Of a stretch of 64,000 bases of DNA, positions 38,842 to 48,300 are shown in pieces. The stretch is from Candidatus Poriferisocius sp. GTDB taxonomy: Bacteria > Actinomycetota > Acidimicrobiia > Acidimicrobiales > Bin134. Positions within the stretch are counted from its first letter, which is position 1, and each line of letters starts with the position of its first letter. The position numbers were made by a program, and so were the translations under genes. The DNA lies in contig NZ_OZ244791.1 of NCBI RefSeq assembly GCF_965219815.1, positions 2,092,491 to 2,156,490 of the forward strand. The letters are read 5' to 3'. Under the pieces are notes generated by a model. That model saw only the letters and a program-made list of their open reading frames with translations. It was not told where the DNA came from and searched no databases.

Positions 38842-39291
38842 ATGCAGACTTTCTCTTCCTCCACTCCGATCGCGGCCCCTCGGGAGATCGCTTGGGAGGT
38901 TATGACCAGCCACGAGCTCTACGCCCGATGGACACCCGCTTCCCGGGTCGACCTGGAAATCGAGGGATCACCCGAGCCCAACGGCGTGGGGGCGGTCCGG
39001 GCATTCCGCACCGGCCCGGTGAGCACTCGTGAGGAGGTCACCGTTTTCGAGCCGCCCCATCGCATGGTCTATCGGTTGCTGAGCGCGCCGCTGCCGATAC
39101 GAAACTACCGCTCCGAGATGATTCTGGTGGGCGACGATGGGGGCGATAGCTGCGAGCTTCACTGGGATTCCTGGTTCGACGTCGTCATTCCTCTGACCGG
39201 CGGGATTCTGCGAAATTTCATGGCGTCGGCGGTAGCGAAAATGGCTGCCGGCATCGCTGAGGAGGCTCAGAGCCGAGCCCAATCGGCGTGA
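38842..39291 (+). CDS. SRPBCC (polyketide cyclase/dehydrase-like) family protein
   Basis: 149 aa. IAAPREIAWEVMTSHELY opening typical of the SRPBCC fold. Confidence 0.6.
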   Translation: MQTFSSSTPIAAPREIAWEVMTSHELYARWTPASRVDLEIEGSPEPNGVGAVRAFRTGPVSTREEVTVFEPPHRMVYRLLSAPLPIRNYRSEMILVGDDGGDSCELHWDSWFDVVIPLTGGILRNFMASAVAKMAAGIAEEAQSRAQSA

Positions 39292-39695
39292 GCGAATCGG
39301 GACGGCTGGCTGCGCCCAACTTGCTGCCTCCCGCGCTGGACGTGCGATACGACGTCGACGATCTCGGCCACCCCACCGTGACCGCGGTGGTGTGCTTGGG
39401 CGAGGATTATCAGGGGCCGCCCGGCGCCGTCCACGGCGGCTACCTGGCCGCCATGTTCGACAACCTGCTGGGGGTGCTGCCCTACCGCCTGACCGGGCAA
39501 CGGGGAGCATTCACCGGCCGGCTCACCGTGCGCTATCGGGCCCTCACCCCGCTCAACTCCGAACTGGTTCTCACCGGCCGGTTGACCGGCGTCCGCAGCC
39601 GGCGGGTCACCGCCGCGGGCCAGTGCCATGCCGGGGGTGTGCTCACCGCCGAGGCCGAGGCCCTGTTCGTCCGCCCTGCTGCCGAGGGGCCATGA
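39288..39695 (+). CDS. PaaI-family hotdog thioesterase
   Basis: GAVHGGYLAAMFDNLLG motif, 135 aa. Confidence 0.7.
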   Translation: MSESGRLAAPNLLPPALDVRYDVDDLGHPTVTAVVCLGEDYQGPPGAVHGGYLAAMFDNLLGVLPYRLTGQRGAFTGRLTVRYRALTPLNSELVLTGRLTGVRSRRVTAAGQCHAGGVLTAEAEALFVRPAAEGP

Positions 39696-39754
39696 CCGAG
39701 TCAGGCGCCCTGTTCGTCCGTTCCATGTCCGCTGGCCCATGACCGAGTCAGACG
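39661..39754. repeat. 47-bp imperfect tandem duplication of a gene junction, creating a 16-codon mini-ORF (39692..39742)
   Basis: CCCTGTTCGTCCG (39661, 39708) and CATGACCGAGTCAG (39691, 39738) recur at a 47-bp offset. Both copies carry an ATGA stop/start overlap. Confidence 0.6.
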
Positions 39755-40257
39755 CCCGGCCGGTGGTGGTGATGCTGTGTACCGGCAACGCCGCCCGATC
39801 CGTGATGGCCACCGTCATCGGACGGGCCCGCACCGACGCCGTGCGATTTGTGGGCGCCGGCACCCACAGCATCGAGGGCCTGCCCATGAGCGGGCGAACC
39901 CGGCGGGCGCTGGAGTCGCTGGGACTGGCCGACGGCAGCCACCGAAGCCACCAGCTGACCGCTGCCGACGCCCGAGGCGCCGATCTCATCGTGGCCTTCG
40001 CCCCCGAGCACGTGGACTATGTGCGCCGAGTCCACCCCGAAGCCGCGGCCCGCACCGCCACCATCAAGCGCCTCGTCGACGAGTTGCCGTCCGGCCCCGA
40101 GCCGTTAGCCCAGCGGGTAGCCGCCCTCAACCTGGCCGATGCCCCGGTGCCCTACGGCGAGGAGGTGGTGGACCCCGGCGGCTTTGATGAAGACATCTTC
40201 ATCGCCTGCGCCCAAGAGATCGACTCGCTGATGGACCGACTCTTGCCACTTCTCTGA
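39739..40257 (+). CDS. low-molecular-weight phosphotyrosine phosphatase / ArsC-type fold
   Basis: CX5R(S) loop CTGNAARS right after the start. Start trimmed to ATG 39739. Confidence 0.75.
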   Translation: MTESDARPVVVMLCTGNAARSVMATVIGRARTDAVRFVGAGTHSIEGLPMSGRTRRALESLGLADGSHRSHQLTAADARGADLIVAFAPEHVDYVRRVHPEAAARTATIKRLVDELPSGPEPLAQRVAALNLADAPVPYGEEVVDPGGFDEDIFIACAQEIDSLMDRLLPLL

Positions 40258-40278
40258 AGCTGGATACCATCGCAGCCG

Positions 40279-41472
40279 ATGGATATTCGATTCTCCGCAG
40301 AAGAGATCGCGTTCCGCGACGAGCTGCGCGACTGGCTCGGCGAGGTGCTGCCGACGCTGGGCGATCCTCCCGACCGCGACGATTGGACCGCTCGCCGGGA
40401 ATGGGACATGGGCTGGCAGCGCAAGCTCTACGACGCCGGATACGCGGGCATCAACTGGCCGTCGGAGTTCGGCGGCCGGGGCTCCACTCCCACTGAGCAC
40501 CTGATCTTTCTGGAGGAGACCACCAGGATGGGCGCGCCGTACGTGGGGATGAACTTCGTCGCCCAGCTCCACGCCGGCCCCACCCTCATACTGGAGGCCA
40601 CTGCCGAGCAGCAGGCCCGCCACTTGCCCGCCATGTTGAAGGGCGAGGAGGTGTGGTGCCAGGGGTTCTCTGAGCCCAACGCCGGGTCCGACCTGGCCTC
40701 GCTGTCCACCCGGGCCATCCGCGACGGCGACCACTACGTGGTTACCGGCCAGAAGATCTGGACCTCGTTCGGCCATGTGGCCGACTACTGCGAGCTATTG
40801 GTGCGCACCGACCCCGAGGCGCCCAAGCACCGGGGCATCACCTGGCTGATCTGCCCCATGGACCTGCCCGGCATCGAGGTGCGGCCCATTACCACCGTGG
40901 CCGGGTCCAGCGAGTTCTGCGAGGTGTTCTTCGACGAGGTCCGCATCCCGGTGGAGAACCGGGTGGGAGACGAGAACGACGGCTGGCGGGTGGCCATGGT
41001 CACCTTCAGCTTCGAGCGCGGCACCGCCTTCATCAGCGAGCTGCTGGGCACGATGAACCAGCTTGCCGAGATGGCCGAATTGGCCCGCAGCGTTCCGCGC
41101 AATGGTTCCACCGCCTGGGGTGACGACGAGATTCGCCGGGAGATCGGCCATCTCCAGGCCGAATACGACGCCCTGTGGGCGCTCACCAAGCGGGTTGTTT
41201 CGCAGGCCCAGCGCACGGGGATGCCCGGCCCCGGTGGTTCGGTGTTCAAGCTCTACTACGCGGAGGTCAAAAAGCGGATGGCCGACTTGGCCCATCGCAT
41301 GCTCGAGCGGGACGCCCTCGTGCTTGCGCACGACGTTGGCGACGAGCAGACCGGCGGCGACATGGTGGCCAGCCGTTTGTACGTGCTCAGCCTGTCGATC
41401 GCGGCGGGAACCTCCCAGATCCAAAAGAACATCATCGGCGAGCGCATCCTGGGCTTGCCCAAGGAGCGGTAG
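40279..41472 (+). CDS. acyl-CoA dehydrogenase (full length, alpha-type)
   Basis: 397 aa. FSEPNAGSDL, GQKIWTS, C-terminal AAGTSQIQKNIIGERILGLP. Confidence 0.85.
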   Translation: MDIRFSAEEIAFRDELRDWLGEVLPTLGDPPDRDDWTARREWDMGWQRKLYDAGYAGINWPSEFGGRGSTPTEHLIFLEETTRMGAPYVGMNFVAQLHAGPTLILEATAEQQARHLPAMLKGEEVWCQGFSEPNAGSDLASLSTRAIRDGDHYVVTGQKIWTSFGHVADYCELLVRTDPEAPKHRGITWLICPMDLPGIEVRPITTVAGSSEFCEVFFDEVRIPVENRVGDENDGWRVAMVTFSFERGTAFISELLGTMNQLAEMAELARSVPRNGSTAWGDDEIRREIGHLQAEYDALWALTKRVVSQAQRTGMPGPGGSVFKLYYAEVKKRMADLAHRMLERDALVLAHDVGDEQTGGDMVASRLYVLSLSIAAGTSQIQKNIIGERILGLPKER

Positions 41473-41536
41473 GCATGGACTTCCGGCCAATAGAGCACTC
41501 TCAGGACCAGTCCAAGGAGCAGTAGGAATGGACTTC
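41459..41536. repeat. 53-bp imperfect tandem duplication of a gene junction, creating a 16-codon mini-ORF (41475..41525)
   Basis: CCAAGGAGCgGTAGGcATGGACTTC (41459) versus CCAAGGAGCaGTAGGaATGGACTTC (41512). The mini-ORF is MDFRPIEHSQDQSKEQ. Confidence 0.6.
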
Positions 41537-42463
41537 GAGCTAACCGATGACCAAGTTGCCCTGTGCGACGGCATCCGGGACTTGTGCCAGGGACGCTTCG
41601 ACATCGACACCGTGCGGGGATTGGCCGACTGCGGCGGGGTGGATCGCCGACTCTGGGGTGAGTTGGCCGACACCGGCGTGTTCTCGCTGGTGGTGCCCGA
41701 GGAAGAAGGCGGGGTGGGGCTGGGCTGGGCCGAGGCCGGGCTGGTGTTCGAGCAACTGGGCCGAGCCCTGGTGCCCGGACCGCTGGTGGGCACGCTGTTG
41801 GCCTCGGGGGTGACAGACGACGCGGTGGTCGGCTTCATCGAGCGCACCGACGGGCCCGCGTTGGTGGAGTACCCCGATGTGCTCGATGCCCTGTTGGTGA
41901 TTGACCGGGAGGGCGTGTGGCGGGTGGACGCCGCCGAGCTGTCGGTGGAGCCGGCCCAGTCGGTGGACCCGCTGACCCCGGTGGGCCGGGTGGCCGAACT
42001 GCCCCAGGGTGAAGAGGTTGACGGCTGCTACGGCTGGGCCAACCGGGCGGTGTTCTTGAGCTCGGCCCTCCAAGTGGGGCTGGCAACGGGCGCTCGAGAG
42101 CTAGCCGTGGCCTATGCGCAAGAGCGCCAGCAGTTCGGCAAGCCCATCGGCCAGTTCCAGGCCATCAAGCACATGTGCGCCGACATGTACAGCCGCGAAG
42201 AAGTAGCCCGAGCCGCCCTGTACTACGCCAGTTGCGTGCTCGACGCTCCCGAACTTGCCGACGAGGACCGGGCGGTGTCAGGCGCCCGCATCCTGGCCGC
42301 TGAGGCCGCCGACCACAACGGCAAAGACTGCGTGCAGGTCCACGGCGGCATGGGCTTCACATGGGAGATCGACGCCCACCTCTACCTCAAGCGGGCTTGG
42401 GCGCTCACCCCCTGTTTCGGATCGCTCGACGAGCACGCCGAGCGGATCGCCGCGATGGTCTAA
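41528..42463 (+). CDS. acyl-CoA dehydrogenase family protein (short, beta-type partner)
   Basis: 311 aa, start trimmed to MDFELTDDQ. QFGKPIGQFQAIKH and HGGMGFTWE. Confidence 0.75.
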   Translation: MDFELTDDQVALCDGIRDLCQGRFDIDTVRGLADCGGVDRRLWGELADTGVFSLVVPEEEGGVGLGWAEAGLVFEQLGRALVPGPLVGTLLASGVTDDAVVGFIERTDGPALVEYPDVLDALLVIDREGVWRVDAAELSVEPAQSVDPLTPVGRVAELPQGEEVDGCYGWANRAVFLSSALQVGLATGARELAVAYAQERQQFGKPIGQFQAIKHMCADMYSREEVARAALYYASCVLDAPELADEDRAVSGARILAAEAADHNGKDCVQVHGGMGFTWEIDAHLYLKRAWALTPCFGSLDEHAERIAAMV

Positions 42464-42480
42464 AGGTCTGCGGCGGGGGA

Positions 42481-43746
42481 CTACGGGGAAAACCGAAAGA
42501 CCACGTTGTCCCGGGAGGCAAGGGTGTCGTCGGGGTTCAGGTGCTCGATGATGGATATCCTCCCTGAACCGCAATCCCCGTACGCATCGCAGTTGATGTC
42601 GCCGATGAGTCCCTGGTAGTCGGCAACCTGGTTGAGGTACTGGCGGATTCCCGCCCTATCGATTACCAGTTCGCGGCCTTCAATGCGAGATGCGGCGGTG
42701 ACGGCATCGAGCAGCAGCGTTGTGGCGTCGTAGGCGTGAGCCCAGAAGGCCCGGTGGGGCGGCGACCCCGTTTTGATTGAGAACCGTTCGGCTGCTTGGT
42801 CGGCGTCCACGCCGGTGGCCTGGTTGGCATTGCCGCCGAAGTCGAGGTCGGGACCGGAGACGAACACCCCCCGTGAGGAGTCCAAGGCCAAGAATGCGTC
42901 GTGCAGAACGCCGTCGCCCGACGCCAGCACCGTGTCCTCGAAGTCTCCATTGCGTCTCAAGGCCTCGATGAACTCGGCCGCCGTGTCTTGGGTGAGCGGG
43001 AAGTACAGCGCATCGGGATTGCCGGCGGCTAGACGGGTCAGCATCTCGGCCAGGTCAGACGCGTCCGAGTTGACCTCCACGAAGTCGGTTACGGTGCCGC
43101 CGCTGCGCTCGAACGAGGAGCGGAATGCCTGGGCCAGCCCTCGGGTATAGGCGTCGCCCTCGTGGACAATCGCCGCGCTTTGCGCCCCGAGCGTGTCGTG
43201 CAGGAAGGAGGACACCGCCTCACCCTGGTAAAGGTCGTTGTGAGACGTGCGGTAGTACCCCGGCTGATAGTGCTCGGCCGGCGTGCCGGCCAGGTCAGAG
43301 GTGAGGGCCGGCGAGCTGTTCGACATGGAGATCACCACCAGCCCCTCTGCGGTGATCAACGGCACCGCGGTGGTGGCGGTCGACGAGCAGGATGTGCCGA
43401 TCACCCCCACCACGCCGTCATCGGCCAACGCGGCCTCGGCAACTCTTTGACCTTCATCGGCTGAGCACCCGTCGTGGATGCCCTCGCCGAGCCCGACGGT
43501 GAATTCGCCATGGATCGGCCCGTAGTCATCGATGGCCATCTCCACGATGTTGATGTAGTCGCGGGCGCCGGCGCCCATGTCCTCGAAGGAGCTGATCGAG
43601 CGGATTTGGACGGAGTCGCCCCGGCCCACGGTGACCGTGCCGAGGGTGCCGTCGCCGATGGCGGGGGTGTCGGCATCGCTGCACGCGGCTAACAGCAGCG
43701 CGGCCAGCAGTATCGATATCGCAGCGGGAACAAGTCGGTTGACCAT
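42481..43746 (-). CDS. ABC transporter substrate-binding lipoprotein (type 1 PBP, Liv-like)
   Basis: Lipobox LLAAC-SD, 421 aa, periplasmic-binding-protein type I layout. Confidence 0.75.
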   Translation of the reverse strand: MVNRLVPAAISILLAALLLAACSDADTPAIGDGTLGTVTVGRGDSVQIRSISSFEDMGAGARDYINIVEMAIDDYGPIHGEFTVGLGEGIHDGCSADEGQRVAEAALADDGVVGVIGTSCSSTATTAVPLITAEGLVVISMSNSSPALTSDLAGTPAEHYQPGYYRTSHNDLYQGEAVSSFLHDTLGAQSAAIVHEGDAYTRGLAQAFRSSFERSGGTVTDFVEVNSDASDLAEMLTRLAAGNPDALYFPLTQDTAAEFIEALRRNGDFEDTVLASGDGVLHDAFLALDSSRGVFVSGPDLDFGGNANQATGVDADQAAERFSIKTGSPPHRAFWAHAYDATTLLLDAVTAASRIEGRELVIDRAGIRQYLNQVADYQGLIGDINCDAYGDCGSGRISIIEHLNPDDTLASRDNVVFRFSP

Positions 43747-43821
43747 GGGCAGTTTCTAGTCGATTGTCAACGGATTGCTACCGTCATCCAATGAGTGTCG
43801 GCAGGTCCTGGGGTGTAGGCG

Positions 43822-44400
43822 TTGCCGCGCTGGGTTGAGCGCCTCCCACCCCACCTCGATCCCGAACTGGTGGAGGCTGGCGACACCCGCAATGTGGTGG
43901 ACGCCTACCGCTTCTGGCGCCATGAGGCCATCGTGGCCGATCTGGATGCCCGCCGCCACGGGTTCCACGTCGCAGTGGAGAACTGGCAGCACGACCTCAA
44001 CATCGGCACCGTGGTGCGCAACGCCAACGCCTTCGGCGCCGCTGCGGTACACGTCGTGGGTAAGCGGCGCTGGAACCGTCGGGGGGCCATGGTCACCGAC
44101 CGCTACCTCCACGTGCTGCACCATCCCGAGCTGGACGACCTGGTCGCCTGGGCCGCTGAGGCCGAGCTGCCGATCTTGGGCATCGACAACGGCCCCGGCA
44201 CCGAGCCCATCGAGGGCTACTCGCTGCCCGAGCGCTGTGTGCTGCTCTTCGGCCAGGAAGGCCCTGGTCTGTCGCCCGAGGCAGTGGAGGTGTGTGAGGC
44301 GGTTCTGGCCATCACCCAGTTCGGCTCCACCCGCTCCATCAACGCCGGGGTGGCCTCAGGCATCGCCATGCACCGCTGGGTGTGCCAGCACGCCCTTTGA
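43822..44400 (+). CDS. TrmH/SpoU-family RNA 2'-O-methyltransferase
   Basis: NIGTVVRNANAFG, LLFGQEGPGLS, SINAGVASGIAMH (SPOUT knot motifs). Start uncertain (TTG). Confidence 0.7.
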   Translation: MPRWVERLPPHLDPELVEAGDTRNVVDAYRFWRHEAIVADLDARRHGFHVAVENWQHDLNIGTVVRNANAFGAAAVHVVGKRRWNRRGAMVTDRYLHVLHHPELDDLVAWAAEAELPILGIDNGPGTEPIEGYSLPERCVLLFGQEGPGLSPEAVEVCEAVLAITQFGSTRSINAGVASGIAMHRWVCQHAL

Positions 44401-44427
44401 GCGCCCGCCGATGGCGAGCCTGGCCGC

Positions 44428-45333
44428 TCAGGGCCGGGGCAGCAGGTTGCGGGGGAACAGGTGGTCGAGTTCGTCCAGGGTCCACGGGTCCACCTCGGCG
44501 TGGTCGCCCCGGTAGATGGCCCGCTCCTCTCGCAGCTCGTTGAACACCGCTACCTGGCCGCCCGCGGCGTGGACCACGTGGCCGCTTATGTAGTCGGCCG
44601 CATCGGTACAAAGCCACACAACCGCAGGGGCCACGTATTCGGGCGGGGGAGTGGTGAGGTAGCTCTGCCACATCTCGTCGTCGATGATCCCCTGCTCGTG
44701 CCAGGCCTTGAAGTCGTCGTGCGACTTGGCGTGCAGCCGAGTGGCCGCTCCCGGGGCCAGGCAGTTCACGGTGACACCGGTGCCCGCCGTCTCGGTGGCC
44801 AGCGCCTTGGTCATGGAGATCACCCCGCCCATGGCCGCGGCGAACGCCGGCTGGCCCAGATCACCCAGTGCCCCGTGCGAAGTGGTGTTCACCACCCGGC
44901 CCCAACCCTGGGCCACCATCAACGGCACCGCGTGGCGGGCGATGTACCACTTCTGGGACATCTGCAAGGCAATGGTCTTGTGGTACAGCTCCGGCGCCAT
45001 CTCATAGATCGACCCCTCGATAGCCGCCCCTGCGCAGTTCACCGCGATGTCGATGCGCCCGTAAGCGTCCACCGTCTGCTGCACCACCGCCCCAGCCCCA
45101 TCAAAGGAAGCCACGTCTGAGTGGTTGGCCACCGCCGTGCCCCCCGCCGCCTCAATATCAGCCACCGTCTGGGCCGCATGGGAAGCATCCGCCCCGTCAC
45201 CCAGTTCATCAGTCCCCAGATCGTTCACCACCACCTGCGCCCCATGCTCCGCCAACAAGAGCGCAATAGCCCGCCCAATCCCATTCCCCGCCCCCGTAAC
45301 CATCGCCGCTTTTCCATCAAGCCTCTTGCTCAT
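44428..45333 (-). CDS. SDR family oxidoreductase (about 300 aa)
   Basis: VTGAGNGIGRA, plus ALGDLGQPAFAAAMGGV in place of the classic YxxxK region. Confidence 0.75.
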   Translation of the reverse strand: MSKRLDGKAAMVTGAGNGIGRAIALLLAEHGAQVVVNDLGTDELGDGADASHAAQTVADIEAAGGTAVANHSDVASFDGAGAVVQQTVDAYGRIDIAVNCAGAAIEGSIYEMAPELYHKTIALQMSQKWYIARHAVPLMVAQGWGRVVNTTSHGALGDLGQPAFAAAMGGVISMTKALATETAGTGVTVNCLAPGAATRLHAKSHDDFKAWHEQGIIDDEMWQSYLTTPPPEYVAPAVVWLCTDAADYISGHVVHAAGGQVAVFNELREERAIYRGDHAEVDPWTLDELDHLFPRNLLPRP

Positions 45334-45347
45334 AGCCGCAGGGTAGC

Positions 45348-48300
45348 GTGGCCTGGATGGCTGCCCTGGGGTTCGACGACCTAACTGCCGGAAAACGGCT
45401 CTCGGGGGTGGTGGCTGACGGTGACGTGACTGTGGTTGCGCTCGACGTGCACGGCACCGGGTCGGCGACCTTGACCTATCGGTCGGCCACTGGAGGGCTC
45501 GGAGAGCGGATCATCACGCTGGACGACCTGGCCACCATCCAGGAGGTGTCCCAGCAAAGGTGGAGCTTCGACGCCGACGGTGCCGCATTTCGCCTGGCCT
45601 CTGAGGCTCGCCGCATGAAGTCGGCGCACTTGGCCGATCCCTATGCCGCGGTGGACACCTCCAACATCGAGCCCTACCCCCACCAGATCGACGCCGTCTA
45701 CAACCGGTTCCTGGAGCAACGTCCGCTCAAGTTCCTGCTGGCCGACGACCCAGGTGCCGGCAAAACCATCATGTCGGGGCTGTTGATCCGCGAGCTGATG
45801 CTGCGAGGCGATGTGGCCCGCTGTTTGATCGTCGCCCCCGGCAGCTTGGTGGAGCAATGGCAGGATGAGATGTGGGACAAGTTCGGCCTCAGTTTCGAGC
45901 TGATGTCGCGCTCAGCGGTCGAGGCGTCGCGCACCGGCAATCCGTTTCTGGAGAAGAACCTCTTGGTGGCCAGGGTCGACCAGCTGTCACGGGCCGAAGA
46001 CCTCATCGAGAAGCTCAAGCTGGCCGATTGGGACCTGGTGATCGTTGACGAGGCCCACAAGATGTCTGCTCACCTCTACGGCGATGAACTGCGCAAGACC
46101 AAGCGGTTCGAGCTGGGGGAGGTTCTAAGGGATCAAACTCGCCACTTCCTGCTGCTGTCGGCCACTCCCCACAACGGCAAGAACGAGGATTTTCTTGCCT
46201 TCATGACCCTCATCGACCCTGAGCGGTTCGCCGGACGGCTGCGCGACGACCAGATGCCCGAAACCGATGACGTGATGCGCCGACTTGTGAAGGAGAACCT
46301 GTGTACGTTCGAGGGTCGTCGCCTATTTCCCGAACGGACTGCCGAGAGCGTCAACTTCGAGCTGTCTGAGCCCGAGGCCGAGCTGTACGAAGCGGTCACC
46401 GACTACGTGCGCAATGGCATGGACCGTGCTAACCGAATGCAAGAGGAGGGGGATCGGCGACGAGGGATCATCTTCGGATTCGCCCTCGCCGCGCTCCAGC
46501 GACGCCTTGCGTCGTCACCGGCTGCCATCTACCACTCTCTGCGCCGCCGTCGAGATCGGCTAACCAATCAGGCTGCCGAACTCCGCCGCCTGAGTGCTGG
46601 CGGCAAACCTGTGTCGGTAGCGGACCTGCCCAGGGGAGTGCGATTTGCCGATCTTGTGGATTTCGACTTCGACAACTTCGATGATGTGGAGCTAGAAGAG
46701 CTTGAAGACCATGTGATCGACGCAACCACTGCTTCCTCCACCGCCGAAGAACTCGAAGCCGAGGTGGTTGAGCTAGAGGAACTCGTCAAACTAGCCGAGG
46801 CCGTACGAAGCAGCGGCGAAGACACCAAGTGGATACAACTGCGAGGCCTCCTGCGATCCGATCAATTCCGAGCTGGAAATGGTGAAGGCTCCGATGAAGG
46901 CAGCGCGCCATCGGGTCCTCGGAAGTTGATCGTGTTCTCTGAGCACAAGGACACGCTTGATTATGTGGCCGATCGGATCGCCGCTGAACTGGGCAATCCT
47001 GAGGCGGTGGCTGTCATCCACGGAGGAATCAAGCGCCATGACCGCCGAGCCATCCAAGACCGATTCCGTGTCGACCCCGCGGTGCGGGTGCTGGTGGCCA
47101 CCGACGCCGCTGGTGAGGGTGTCAACCTCCAAGTGGCCAACATGATGGTCAATTACGACCTGCCGTGGAACCCGAACCGAATCGAGCAGCGGTTCGGCCG
47201 CATCCACCGCATCGGTCAGCAGCGACCCTGCCGCATGTGGAACTTGATCGCCCACGAGACCAGGGAAGGGGTGGTGTTCACCCGACTGTTCGAAAAGATC
47301 GAGCAACAACGGGGCGTCTATGGCGACCAGGTGTACGACGTGCTCGGCGACTCGCACATCAACACTTCCCTCCAAGAACTGCTGCTCAAGGCCATTACCG
47401 CTGATGACGATCCTGCCCATCTCGAATACATGAATGAAGTGATCGAAAGCGACTACGGGCACCATCTGGTGGATGTGTTGAAACAGCGGGCCCTGGTCGG
47501 CGACCTTGCTGATCCCGCGGCCAACGACAAGATCCGCGAAGACATGGAGCGAGCCCGGGCCCGCAAGCTGCAACCGTGGTTCGTCCACGCATTCTTCTCC
47601 GAGGCTCTTCGCCGATACGGAGGGCGCATCGTGGGCCGAGAGCAGGGCCGGTTCGAGATAACGCGGATTCCGGCGGCGATCCGCTCTCTTGCCGACGCAG
47701 CACTCGGCCCGGTACACGACCGATACGAGCGGGTGACCTTCGACAAGGCCTGTATCCAGATCGACGGAGGCGACCGAGCCGAGCTGATTTCACCGGGCAC
47801 CCCGCTGCTCACCGCGGTCATCAACAAGGTGCTGGCCGATCACGAGCGCACGCTGTCGCGGGGTGCCACCCTGGTTGACCCCGAAGACCGGTCAACCAAT
47901 CCCCGGCTGCTGGTATACCTCGATCATTCCGTCACCGACGGGCGAGAGGTCCACGGCCACCGCCAAGTGGTGTCGAGGCGATTCCAGTACGTAGAGATCG
48001 ACCACCAAGGCAATGCCAAAAGCGCCGGAAACGAGCCCTACATCGGTTACGCCCCACTGGGTGAGGAAGATCGGGCGCTGCTCGACGGCCATCTCGACTT
48101 GGACTGGGCCGATCACACCGCCGAAGAGACCGCGAAGAGCTGGGCCATAGAGCATCTCTCCCAACCCCACTTCGAGGAGATCAACCGGGTGACCGAAGCT
48201 CGTGTCGACAAAGTCCGAGCGGCGGTGAGAGAACGCCTCGAAGCCGAGGTCCGCTACTGGGATTTGCGTGCTGAAGAGCTGAAAGCCCAGGAGCTCGCGG

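Noticed and set aside
36901-38913. 670-aa minus-strand ORF (similar long antisense ORFs occur at 35210..36811, 16807..18066, 40795..41847 and 23934..25025)
   Set aside because: These are antisense to well-supported ACAD, ABC, CoA-transferase and SDR genes. They are low-complexity Arg/Gly/Pro-rich translations and stop-codon-poor because of GC bias.
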